A DNA stretch of 64,000 nucleotides. Source: Myxococcales bacterium (GTDB taxonomy: Bacteria > Myxococcota_A > UBA9042 > JABWCM01 > BTVJ01). Under the pieces are notes generated by a model that worked only from the letters and a program-made list of their open reading frames with translations, searched no databases and had not been told where the DNA came from. Location of the stretch: contig BTVJ01000009.1 in NCBI GenBank assembly GCA_045863395.1, forward strand, positions 64,001 to 128,000, given 5' to 3'. Each line of letters starts with the position of its first letter. Position 1 is the first letter of the stretch. Both the position numbers and the translations under genes were made by a program. Shown here piece after piece: positions 38,963-47,701 of the stretch.

Positions 38963-39418
38963 ATGACCGAGTGGAGCTCCGTGGACGACATCCTGGCGTT
39001 CGCCATCGCCAACGAAGAGAAGGCCCACGCCTTCTTCCTGCAGCTCGCCGAGGCCGTGGAGGCCGAGGCCATCAAGGCGACCCTGCTCGGCTTCGCCGCC
39101 GAGGAGCTCGGCCACAAGCGCCGGCTCGAGCAGCTCCGGGACGGCCACGTGGAGGCCCGGTGGGTCCAGCAGAAGGTCCAGGACCTGAAGATCGCTGACT
39201 ACCTGGCCGACGTCGCCCCGAAGCCGGGCCTGAGCTTCCAGGAAGCGCTGATCGTGGCCATGAAGCAGGAGCTTGCGGCGATCAAGCTCTACGAGGCCCT
39301 CGCCAAGGCCGCTCCCGCGCCCCTGGACGACGTCTTCCGCGGCCTCGCCCAGGAGGAGGCGAAGCACAAGCTGCGCTTCGAGATCGTGTACGACGAGGGG
39401 ATCCTCGCCGAGGGCTGA
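38963..39418 (+). CDS. Rubrerythrin/ferritin-like protein
   Basis: Two E..A..F/Y...EE..H diiron repeats (EELGH, EEAKH); GAGGAGG RBS. Confidence 0.85.
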   Translation: MTEWSSVDDILAFAIANEEKAHAFFLQLAEAVEAEAIKATLLGFAAEELGHKRRLEQLRDGHVEARWVQQKVQDLKIADYLADVAPKPGLSFQEALIVAMKQELAAIKLYEALAKAAPAPLDDVFRGLAQEEAKHKLRFEIVYDEGILAEG

Positions 39419-39445
39419 CGGCCTGCGACCGCCAGTGCCGCCCGA

Positions 39446-40132
39446 TCACCCGTGGCGCTCCCACAGCACATCGAACTGCCCCACGTAGGCCGCCACCAGG
39501 CGCGGCTCGTCGGTCACGAGGAAGTTCTCGTCGTTGAAGTCGGCGGCGCTCCGGGTCCAGTTGTAGCTGCCGGTGAGCAGCAGCGCCCCGTCGATCACCG
39601 CGAACTTGTGGTGCATGTGGTGCTGGGTGCGGTCGTACCGGACGGCGACGCCCCGCGACGCCAGTTTGTCCACGTCCGAGCCCACGTCCAGGCTCTTCTC
39701 GTCGTCGGTCAGCAGCCGCACGGCCACGCCGCGCCGGTGGGCGGCGAGCACCGCGTCCGCCAGGCGGTCGTCCGTGATGGTGAAGACGCAGATGTCCACG
39801 GACCGCAGCGCCGTCCGCAGGAGCGCGACGATGCGCTCCGGGCAGTCGTCGTCCGGGCTGAACCAGGCCTCCGCGCGACCGCCCACCTTCTGCGGCGCCT
39901 CGGGCACGAGCGCCTTGACGACGTCCTCCAGCCACTCGACCACGGCAAGGGTGTCGCGCCCGAGGAGCGCCCCCTTGGCGACCTCGAAGGCGCGCTGGCG
40001 GAACAGGGCGTGGATGCGGGCGTCACCGCCCAGGTCCTGCACCACGTCCTTGATGGCGCGCCGCTCCGTGCGCGTAAGCTGGCGGTCCGCGAGTGTGTCT
40101 GTGAGTACCTGGTCGATCTGCTCGGGTGTCAT
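39446..40132 (-). CDS. Phospholipase D-family (single HKD) nuclease-like protein
   Basis: HHKFAVID, TGSYNWT, N.EN; start MTPEQID with GGAGGAG RBS. Confidence 0.85.
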   Translation of the reverse strand: MTPEQIDQVLTDTLADRQLTRTERRAIKDVVQDLGGDARIHALFRQRAFEVAKGALLGRDTLAVVEWLEDVVKALVPEAPQKVGGRAEAWFSPDDDCPERIVALLRTALRSVDICVFTITDDRLADAVLAAHRRGVAVRLLTDDEKSLDVGSDVDKLASRGVAVRYDRTQHHMHHKFAVIDGALLLTGSYNWTRSAADFNDENFLVTDEPRLVAAYVGQFDVLWERHG

Positions 40133-40188
40133 GGGCTCCTCCGGTGAGTGCGCAGGGTAGCGCACCGGGAGCCGCGAGCCAACGAGCG

Positions 40189-41547
40189 TCAGGGGATCGC
40201 GAGCGCCGCCTCGATGAGGGACTCGCACAGGGCGCGGGCAGCCGGGTCCTCCAACTGCTCCAGGGTACGGCGCAGCTTCGGCTCTGCGAACACCCCGAGG
40301 CCCTCGACGGAGGGCGCCGCCCCGAGCCCCTTCGCCGCCTGCTCCACGGTCCAGCGCAGGCTCGACTCCTCGTCGGGGGTCAGCACCTCGATGCGTCCGA
40401 CCAGCGCGCGGACCACGGACTGCGGGGCCGGACTGACCGCGAGCGGCGCGACCTGCTCCACCCACTCCGCGGGCGCCAGATAGAGCAGACGCAGGCCCTG
40501 CGTGTGAAAGACGGACCAGGACCACGTCCCGACGAGCGCGCGGCTCTCAGAGGGCGTCAGCCCAGTGCCATCGAGCTCGACTGCGATGTCCTCGGCGGAG
40601 ACGAGCGTATACTCGTCCAGGTTGATCTCCTTCGGAGTCGGGAGCTTGACCTTGGACTCCCCCGGCGCGAGCTCGCCGACCGACAGCTTCAAGCCACCGC
40701 CCGCGTGGACGTGCACCACCCAGGCGGCGGGGATCGTGACGGCCGAGTCGTTGGTCACGCGGAAGCTGCCATCCGGCAAGGGCTCCACCCGGAGCGGGAG
40801 CCCCAGGTGCGCCAGCCCTTGCGCGAACAGGAAGCGCTCACCGGAGGCGAGGGGCACGGCGTCGATGCCGCGGAGCGCACCCCACGGGCCGTCGCCCGGC
40901 GCTGGGGACGCGGCGCCGGGCTCGGGCGTCACGGTCCACGAGATGGCCCCGTCTGCGAGCGCCGCGCTCCCGCCCAGAGGGGGCGCGAGGGTCGCAGGCG
41001 CTGGCAGCCACCGGGACGGGATGCCGTCGGGCAGCCCCACCTCCACCGTGACGGGCGCCGACGCCTGCGTGTGCAGGGCGATGACCAGGGACTGGAGCTT
41101 GTGGGTGATCCCGTCCGGCAGCGCCTCCGCGGCGCCGGACCCGGGGGGCCCCAGGTCCCTGCCGACCACGAAGGCGGGCAGCTCCTCCTCGTCGTGCCAG
41201 GCGCCGGCCAGGTCCACTCCCAGCGAGCTCTGGACGCTGGTCAGCGTGCCGAACACGTGGACGGAGAGGGGGCCCGTGGCGACGTCGGTGCCGCCGCCGG
41301 CATCGCCCACGGCGTCGGAGCCAATGCCCGTGTCACCAGTGTCGCCCGTGTCGCCGGGGTTCCCCGCCCCTCCGTCCCCGACCGCGACGTCCCCGCCCGA
41401 GCCGGCCCCAACGTCCGCCCCGGCGTCAGCCCCCACCGCGACCCCGTCGCCGACATCGGCGGTGGCGTCGGCCGTGGCGTCGGCCGTGGCGTCGCAGCCC
41501 GTGCTCAGGGCTGCAAGGAGAGCGAGACCAGCAAACCGTCGCACCAT
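40189..41547 (-). CDS. Hypothetical lipoprotein, diverged paralog of the upstream gene
   Basis: Lipobox LSTGC; shares H.EE.LP.FV, ERF.F..GL, GLR.LY..P..W, R.LVGRIEVLTP, LG.FAEP.LRR with 41505..42992. Confidence 0.8.
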   Translation of the reverse strand: MVRRFAGLALLAALSTGCDATADATADATADVGDGVAVGADAGADVGAGSGGDVAVGDGGAGNPGDTGDTGDTGIGSDAVGDAGGGTDVATGPLSVHVFGTLTSVQSSLGVDLAGAWHDEEELPAFVVGRDLGPPGSGAAEALPDGITHKLQSLVIALHTQASAPVTVEVGLPDGIPSRWLPAPATLAPPLGGSAALADGAISWTVTPEPGAASPAPGDGPWGALRGIDAVPLASGERFLFAQGLAHLGLPLRVEPLPDGSFRVTNDSAVTIPAAWVVHVHAGGGLKLSVGELAPGESKVKLPTPKEINLDEYTLVSAEDIAVELDGTGLTPSESRALVGTWSWSVFHTQGLRLLYLAPAEWVEQVAPLAVSPAPQSVVRALVGRIEVLTPDEESSLRWTVEQAAKGLGAAPSVEGLGVFAEPKLRRTLEQLEDPAARALCESLIEAALAIP

Positions 41548-42992
41548 TGCGTCACCTTCTCATCTTGGATCAGCGCGCACGCCCGGCGGAGCCGAGGCTC
41601 GGCGAACCGGCCGAGCTGCGCGACCAGGAGGTCCCCTTTGCCCACCATGGACGACACCTGCGCCACGAGGGACGCCTCCTCCGCGGGGGTCAGCACCTCG
41701 ATGCGACCGACCAGGGTGCGGACGAGCGCGGTGGGCTCCGGCGTGATCTTGATGGGCAGGAGCGCGTCTGTCCAGGGGCGCGGCACCACGTAGAGCACCC
41801 GGAGCCCCGGCGTCTGGAAGTACGAGCGCGTCCAGGTGTCGACCATCGCCCACGCCTCGTCCTCGTAGAGGCCGCTCTTGACCAGCGCGTCCACGACCAC
41901 GGGGCGGACACACGCGAGCCAGTCCGCGCAGGCCTCGCCGACCGTCGCCGCATGGCTCGTGCTCTGCCCCGCCCCGAGGGCGCCCAGGTCAGCGACGGCC
42001 CCGGTTGCTCCGTCGGTGCTGAGCAGGATCACCGAGGGGATCAGGTCCCCCGATTCGTTGGTCACGGTCACCGTGCCGCCGGCATCGGAGGTCACGCGCA
42101 CCGGCATGTCGAAGCGCCCGAGCCCTCTATAGAAGATGAAGCGCTCGTGCTGGGCGCCGTAGCGCAGGGGGGTCGCCGCCGTCGCCCGCGACGGAGCCCA
42201 GATGTCCTGCGGGTCGACCGGCGGGAACTTCCCGGCGTCGATGGCCGGGTCCACGGTCACCTGCCAGGTCATGCTCCCGCCGCCGACCTCCTCCATGGCG
42301 CCCAGCGCGGGCCCCCAGGTGGTCGCGTCCGGGAACCACTGCCCGATGATCCCCTTCGGGAAGGCGACGTCCACGGTCACGTCCACCTTGGCGCCCGTAT
42401 AGAAGTAGATGACCGGGGTCTCCAGCTTCTGGTCGACCCCCTCCGGGAGCTCCTCGATGCCCTTCTGCTGCATGAACAGGCCGCTCCGGCTGACCACGAA
42501 GTCGGGGAGCGGCTCCTCCTCGTGGTGCATCCCGAGGAGCGGCGCGCCATCCGAGCCCTGCATGGACGTGAAGGTGCCCCACTCGTGCGCGATGAGGCCC
42601 TCCGCGGGCTGACCGGGCTGCGTGGGCTCACCGGGCTCCGTGGGCTCACCGGGCTGCTTGGGCTCACCGGGCTGCGCAACATCACCAGGCTGCGTTTCCT
42701 CACCAGGCTTCCGGGCGCGCTCGCCCGGCTTCTCCGAGCCCTCTCCGGCACCCGGGGTCGGGCCTCCAATGCCACCCTCTCCCCCCTTCCCGTCGCCGAC
42801 CGCTCCGCCCGTGGACGCCCCGCCAGACGCGCCCTCGGCCCCCTCCCCTTCAGGCTCCGCGCCTGACGCTCCTTGTTCGGTTCCCGCGCCCTTCACCACA
42901 ATCTCGCCCGGGGGCGCCGTCGTCTCCCCGCCTGTACTGCAAGCCGCCAGCACCAGCGCCGCGGCCAGGACCCATCGTGTTCGCAACCTCAT
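41505..42992 (-). CDS. Conserved-looking hypothetical lipoprotein (HEWGTFTS...ETPVIYFY type)
   Basis: Lipobox LAAC; AGGAGG RBS; low-complexity linker then globular domain. Confidence 0.85.
   Translation of the reverse strand: MRLRTRWVLAAALVLAACSTGGETTAPPGEIVVKGAGTEQGASGAEPEGEGAEGASGGASTGGAVGDGKGGEGGIGGPTPGAGEGSEKPGERARKPGEETQPGDVAQPGEPKQPGEPTEPGEPTQPGQPAEGLIAHEWGTFTSMQGSDGAPLLGMHHEEEPLPDFVVSRSGLFMQQKGIEELPEGVDQKLETPVIYFYTGAKVDVTVDVAFPKGIIGQWFPDATTWGPALGAMEEVGGGSMTWQVTVDPAIDAGKFPPVDPQDIWAPSRATAATPLRYGAQHERFIFYRGLGRFDMPVRVTSDAGGTVTVTNESGDLIPSVILLSTDGATGAVADLGALGAGQSTSHAATVGEACADWLACVRPVVVDALVKSGLYEDEAWAMVDTWTRSYFQTPGLRVLYVVPRPWTDALLPIKITPEPTALVRTLVGRIEVLTPAEEASLVAQVSSMVGKGDLLVAQLGRFAEPRLRRACALIQDEKVTQWCDGLLVSLSLQP
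42606..42710. repeat. Degenerate 18-bp tandem repeat encoding PGEPxQ-like units (about 6)
   Basis: GGGCTCACCGGGCT recurs at 18-bp spacing; protein reads PGEETQ PGDVAQ PGEPKQ PGEPTE PGEPTQ PGQP. Confidence 0.75.
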
Positions 42993-43044
42993 GGCTCACC
43001 TCCTGCCTGTCCCTCACGATGCGCCCCTTGACCAATTGAATCCA

Positions 43045-43062
43045 ATCATATGAAATCATGAT
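43045..43062. promoter_or_regulatory. Candidate LysR binding site (T-N11-A within a dyad)
   Basis: ATCAT-N8-ATGAT in the AT-rich 88-bp gap between the divergent lipoprotein and LysR genes. Confidence 0.55.
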
Positions 43063-43080
43063 CAACGATAACGAGGGATC

Positions 43081-43965
43081 ATGAACCTCGACCGCCTCGA
43101 CCAGTTCGTCCGCATCGTCGACACCGGCTCCATGAGCGCCGCCGCCCGGGCCGTGCACCTGACCCAGCCGGCGCTCAGCCGGTCCCTCAAGCTGCTGGAA
43201 GAGGAGCTGGGCGCCCCGCTCTTCCTGCGTGAGGGGCGGCGCCTCGTGCCCACCGCCGCCGGCCGTGCCCTGCTCCCCCGCGCCCGCGCCGTGCTGGCGC
43301 AGGTGGCGGCGCTCGCCAAGGACGTGGAGCAGGCCGCCGAGCGCGACTACCACGACCTGCGCATCGGGACCGTGGACAGCGTGGCCACCTGGCTCTTGCC
43401 GCGGGCGATCCCGGCGCTCCTCGACGCCTTCCCGGGGCTCCGCGTCAAGCTCCACACGGCCCGCACGGCTGCGCTCCTCGAGCGCCTGGAGGCGGGCACG
43501 CTGGACGTGGCGCTCGTCGCCTGGTCGGGCCCCCCGCAACCCCGCGCCGCGGCCGTCGGCCCCTACCAGCTCCGGTTCTGGGGCCGCGCCGACCGCTTCG
43601 CGTCGCTGGCGGACGCGACCACCGAGGAGCAGGTCCAGGTCCACCCCATCGTGGAGATCGAGCCCCAGCCCGGCCAGCCCACCATGGTCCCGGAGCACGC
43701 GGAGACCTTCGCCCTCGCCAACAGCCTCGCGTCCGTCAAGGCGCTGGTCCTCGAGGGCTTCGGCGTCGGCGCCCTGCTGGACTTCATGCTTACGCCCGAG
43801 GAGCGCGCCCGCCTGGTCTGCGCCCCGATCGGCCACGACCCCGACTGCGCCCTGTGGGTGCTCCCGTCTCCGGCGTGGAGCGGCGACGCCCCCTCCCGCA
43901 TCGAGGAGGCCCTCGCGTCATCCCTCCGCCGCGTGCTTGACACCCCGGCGGACCGGGGGCGATGA
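43081..43965 (+). CDS. LysR-family transcriptional regulator
   Basis: GSMSAAARAVHLTQPALSRSLKLLEEELGAPLF.R HTH. Confidence 0.95.
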   Translation: MNLDRLDQFVRIVDTGSMSAAARAVHLTQPALSRSLKLLEEELGAPLFLREGRRLVPTAAGRALLPRARAVLAQVAALAKDVEQAAERDYHDLRIGTVDSVATWLLPRAIPALLDAFPGLRVKLHTARTAALLERLEAGTLDVALVAWSGPPQPRAAAVGPYQLRFWGRADRFASLADATTEEQVQVHPIVEIEPQPGQPTMVPEHAETFALANSLASVKALVLEGFGVGALLDFMLTPEERARLVCAPIGHDPDCALWVLPSPAWSGDAPSRIEEALASSLRRVLDTPADRGR

Positions 43966-44001
43966 TCCTGCGCTGGAAGTGAAACCTGGCAGGAGGCACC
44001 G

Positions 44002-44982
44002 ATGCACTCGCACCCCGTCGCACGGGCCCTGGGAACCCTGGTCCTCTGGGCAGCCCTCGCGGCCCTCGCGGCGCCGGCCGCCGCGCAGCCGACCATCCAG
44101 ATCCGGCCGAAGGGCCCCCTGGTCAACCCGGGCTGGCTGTACCTGGAGACCCACCTCCCCGACAACAAGGCGGAGGCACGGGGGCTGGTCAGGCCCCTCC
44201 TCTACATCAACGAGGTCACCGACGAGCAGAAGACCGGCTCCCGCGTCGGCGGCGGCGGCTACACCCCCGGCGAGCCCGTCCCCCTGGCCGAGGGGTGGTA
44301 CGACGTGGAGGTGGCCCACTTCCCCGACGTGGCGGCCTCCAACAAGCACCGCTACTACGTCAAGGGCGGCCAGGTGACCATCGTCCAGACCGGGATGCTG
44401 TCGCTCCAGACGCTCCCCGAGGCCGAGCAGGCTTCCGACGTCTGCCGCTCCTGGAACGCGGCGATGACCGTCCTCGCCGCGGAGCCAGGCCCCGACGGGC
44501 AGCACGGCGTGGTCATGGCCGGCAACGGGGCCCACGTGAAGGACCACGGCCTGCTCCAGCTCCACCCGGGCGCCTACCTGGTGGAGTGGAACGGCCTCCG
44601 CGGCCAGGTCCAGGTGACCGCCGGGCAGATCACGCCCGTGATGACGGGCTTCGTCGGCCCGTTCCGTGGCAAGGAGAAGCCGCGGATCCACCAGCGGGAG
44701 GGTGAGACCCCGGACAACCCGGTCATCGCGGCCTGCGAGAAGCAGCCCACCCAGGTGCTGGTCGGCTCCTTCTGGCTCAGCTACCCGAAGCCCGAGGAGG
44801 CGAAGGACGACGAGGAGGGCGACACCGGCGTGGTGTCCATGGCGCGCGCCCCGAGGGTCTTCGAGCCCCTGGTCGTCGACCCCCACAAGCCCGGCAAGCC
44901 CGAGAAGCTCGGGGGCGACCGCCTCAAGGGCTACACCATCTACAAGGGCGAGGGCGCCACTCCCGATCACCACCTGCGCTGA
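44002..44982 (+). CDS. Secreted hypothetical protein
   Basis: Signal peptide ending AAA-Q; AGGAGG RBS; strong GC3 codon bias. Confidence 0.75.
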   Translation: MHSHPVARALGTLVLWAALAALAAPAAAQPTIQIRPKGPLVNPGWLYLETHLPDNKAEARGLVRPLLYINEVTDEQKTGSRVGGGGYTPGEPVPLAEGWYDVEVAHFPDVAASNKHRYYVKGGQVTIVQTGMLSLQTLPEAEQASDVCRSWNAAMTVLAAEPGPDGQHGVVMAGNGAHVKDHGLLQLHPGAYLVEWNGLRGQVQVTAGQITPVMTGFVGPFRGKEKPRIHQREGETPDNPVIAACEKQPTQVLVGSFWLSYPKPEEAKDDEEGDTGVVSMARAPRVFEPLVVDPHKPGKPEKLGGDRLKGYTIYKGEGATPDHHLR

Positions 44983-45009
44983 CCGTCCCCCGCCCAAGGA
45001 GCCCCCCGA

Positions 45010-46314
45010 ATGAAGGACATCCGCATCGCGCTCCTCGGCTGCGGGACGGTCGGCACCGGCGTCATCAAGCTGCTGCTGCAGAACGAGGACGACATCCGCG
45101 CCCGCCTCGGCGCCTCGGTGACCGTGCGCCACGTGGTGGTGCGGGATCCGAGCCGCCTCCGAGACCCGGAGGTGGATCCAGCCCTGCTGTGCGTGGACAC
45201 CGAAGCCGCCCTGGACGACCCGGACGTGGACGTGGTCGTGGAGCTCATCGGTGGCACGGACACGGCGCGCGCCCTGGTGCTGGCCGCCATCGCCCGGGGG
45301 AAGCACGTGGTGACGGCCAACAAGGCCCTGCTCGCTGCCCACGGGGACGAGGTCTTCGCCGCCGCAGAGCGCGCGGGCGTGGACGTGGCGTTCGAGGCGG
45401 CGGTGGCGGGGGGCATCCCCATCATCCGGTCCCTGCGGGAGGGCCTCGCCAGCGACCGGGTGGAGCGCCTCTACGGCATCATCAACGGCACGAGCAACTT
45501 CCTCCTCTCCGAGATGGCCGGCCGCGGGCGCGAGTACGCAGACGTGCTCGCCGAGGCCCAGCGGCTGGGCTACGCGGAGTCCGACCCCTCCATGGACGTC
45601 GACGGCAAGGACGCGGCCCAGAAGCTGTCGATCCTCATCGCGCTGGCCTTCGGCGCGTCCATCCCGTGGGAGTCCATCCCCACCGAGGGGCTCTCCCGGC
45701 TCACGCCGGCGGACTTTGCCTTCGCACGGCGCTTCGGCTACGCGATCCGGCCCCTGGCCATCGCCAAGGTGGACGACGCCGGCCTGGAGGCGCGCGTCCA
45801 CCCGGCCCTGGTCCCCGAGCGCCACCTGCTCGCGGCCATCGACGGAGTGTTCAACGCGGTCGCCGTCCAGACGAGCGCGGTGGGGCCGCTCCTCTTCCAC
45901 GGGCGGGGCGCCGGCATGATGCCCACGGCCGTCAGCGTGGTCAGCGACATCATCGAGGTGGGCCGCGCCGTGCTCCAGGGCACGAGCGGCCGCGTCCCCC
46001 ACCTGGCGTGGCGGCACCCGGACCGGGCCCCCCGTCGCAAGCCGTTCGAGGACGTGGTCTGCGAGAGCTACCTGCGCTTCACGGTGGTGGATCGCCCCGG
46101 CGTGCTCGCCACCCTGGCGGGCGCCCTCGGGGAGCACGGCGTCAGCATCCGCCAGCTCATCCAGCCCGACGCGCAGGAGGGCGAGCCGGTGGCGGTGGTC
46201 GTCCTCACCCACCCGGCCCGGGAGGGCGACGTGGTCGCGGCCCTGGCCACCATCGACGCGCAGCACACCACGGCCTCCCCGACCCTGCGGCTGCGCATCG
46301 AGGACCCGGCCTGA
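45010..46314 (+). CDS. hom: Homoserine dehydrogenase with C-terminal ACT domain
   Basis: LLGCGTVG, VVTANKA, FEAAVAGGIP, GIINGTSN, GRGAG..PTA, DRPGVLA. Confidence 0.95.
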   Translation: MKDIRIALLGCGTVGTGVIKLLLQNEDDIRARLGASVTVRHVVVRDPSRLRDPEVDPALLCVDTEAALDDPDVDVVVELIGGTDTARALVLAAIARGKHVVTANKALLAAHGDEVFAAAERAGVDVAFEAAVAGGIPIIRSLREGLASDRVERLYGIINGTSNFLLSEMAGRGREYADVLAEAQRLGYAESDPSMDVDGKDAAQKLSILIALAFGASIPWESIPTEGLSRLTPADFAFARRFGYAIRPLAIAKVDDAGLEARVHPALVPERHLLAAIDGVFNAVAVQTSAVGPLLFHGRGAGMMPTAVSVVSDIIEVGRAVLQGTSGRVPHLAWRHPDRAPRRKPFEDVVCESYLRFTVVDRPGVLATLAGALGEHGVSIRQLIQPDAQEGEPVAVVVLTHPAREGDVVAALATIDAQHTTASPTLRLRIEDPA

Positions 46315-46324
46315 CGCCCGAGGG

Positions 46325-47422
46325 TCAGGTCCGCCGGTAGACCTCGCTCTCGTGCCACGCCCGCAGGACCTCGGACATCAGCACCTTGAGGACCGCGGAG
46401 ACCGGCACCGCCAGCAGGATGCCCACCACCCCGAAGAGCTGCCCGAAGACGAGGATGGCGATGATCACCGTCAAGGGGGGCAGCCCCACCCGCTCGCCGA
46501 CGATGTTCGGCGACAGGATGGACGTGTCGATGACCGGCACGATGGCGAAGAGCAGCACGACCCCGAGCATGGTGCCCCACCCCATGCCCTCCAGCAGCGC
46601 CATGAGCAGCGTGAGGACCATGCCGACCACCGGGCCCACCCACGGGATCACGTTGAGGAAGGCGCCTGCGATGCCCAGCAGGATGGCGAACGGGATGCCC
46701 ATGATGCTCAGCGCCACGCTGTAGACCACCGCGAGGATGGCGATGACGATGAGCGTCCCGCGCACATAGGACGCGACCACCGCGTTGACCCGGGTCGCGA
46801 CGGCAGACAGGCGTGCCCGGTGGCGCGGTGGCACCAGGTCGATGGCGGCGTCCCGGATGTGTGGGAAGTCCTTGAGCAGATAGACCGTGAAGAGCGGGAT
46901 GAGCAGCAGGTTGCCCAGGGCGACGGCGAGGGCGAAGGCGCTGGTCAGGGCGGTCTCGACCAGGTTCGACCAGTCTCCGACCACCCGCTGCGTGAACTGG
47001 GAGAGCTCCACGCGGATCTGGTCCGGGTCCAGGTCCAACTGGAGCTCGAAGGTGCGCTCGATCCAGGGGCGCACGGTGCCCAGCGTGTCGGAGACCCAGT
47101 TGGGGAGGCGTGCGATGAGGGCCAGGACCTGCTCGACGACGCGGGGAATCAGAAACACCATGAACAGGAAGGCGCCGGCGAGCACCAGCAGCACCATGAC
47201 GATGGCGGTCAGCAGGCGGGGGACCCGGCGCCGCTCGAGGGTGTCCACGAAGGGCGACGTCACGTAGGCGAGCACCAGGGCCAGCAGGATGGGCGTCGTG
47301 ACGGTGGACAGCTCGCGGAGCAGCAGCAGGGCGCCGGCGACGACCGTGCCGAAGAAGACGAGCTTGAAGAACAGGTAGAGGTACTTCTCGGAGCGCTCCC
47401 AGCGGCTGTCGGGCGAAGACAT
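46325..47422 (-). CDS. AI-2E family (PerM-like) transporter
   Basis: Multiple TM segments; LAY...P.V..LE, YVRG, IPWVG, GILLAVP. Confidence 0.85.
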   Translation of the reverse strand: MSSPDSRWERSEKYLYLFFKLVFFGTVVAGALLLLRELSTVTTPILLALVLAYVTSPFVDTLERRRVPRLLTAIVMVLLVLAGAFLFMVFLIPRVVEQVLALIARLPNWVSDTLGTVRPWIERTFELQLDLDPDQIRVELSQFTQRVVGDWSNLVETALTSAFALAVALGNLLLIPLFTVYLLKDFPHIRDAAIDLVPPRHRARLSAVATRVNAVVASYVRGTLIVIAILAVVYSVALSIMGIPFAILLGIAGAFLNVIPWVGPVVGMVLTLLMALLEGMGWGTMLGVVLLFAIVPVIDTSILSPNIVGERVGLPPLTVIIAILVFGQLFGVVGILLAVPVSAVLKVLMSEVLRAWHESEVYRRT

Positions 47423-47606
47423 GGCAGGCTCCAGGCGGTGACCCACGAGGCGCGAGGGTGGCATGGTCTGCCCGGGACTTCAAGACGCGGCCGGGCCAGC
47501 CCCCCCCCTGACGAATCCGGTGCATGACGCAGCACGGTTTCAACTGGGGCATCCGTGATCGGTTACACCGGAGGCCGAGGCCCCTCCGTGCGCCGCCCTG
47601 CCCCTC

Positions 47607-47636
47607 TTGAAAGCGCGGGACGGGGTACCGTAGAGT
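47607..47636 (+). promoter_or_regulatory. Candidate sigma70 promoter of the acyl-CoA dehydrogenase gene
   Basis: TTGAAA-N18-TAGAGT. Confidence 0.5.
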
Positions 47637-47648
47637 TCAGCCCACTGG

Positions 47649-47666
47649 TGAATGGCGATTCATTCA
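47649..47666. promoter_or_regulatory. Palindromic operator resembling the Bacillus FadR (YsiA, TetR-family) box
   Basis: TGAATGGCGATTCATTCA (TGAATG-N6-CATTCA) just downstream of the putative -10. Confidence 0.6.
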
Positions 47667-47701
47667 TGACGCGAGGCGTCACAGAGACCACGGAGGACCG
47701 G

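Noticed and set aside
39446..40132. PLD nuclease as a defence gene
   Set aside because: Stand-alone single-HKD protein with host-like codon usage and no helicase, methylase or other defence partner nearby.
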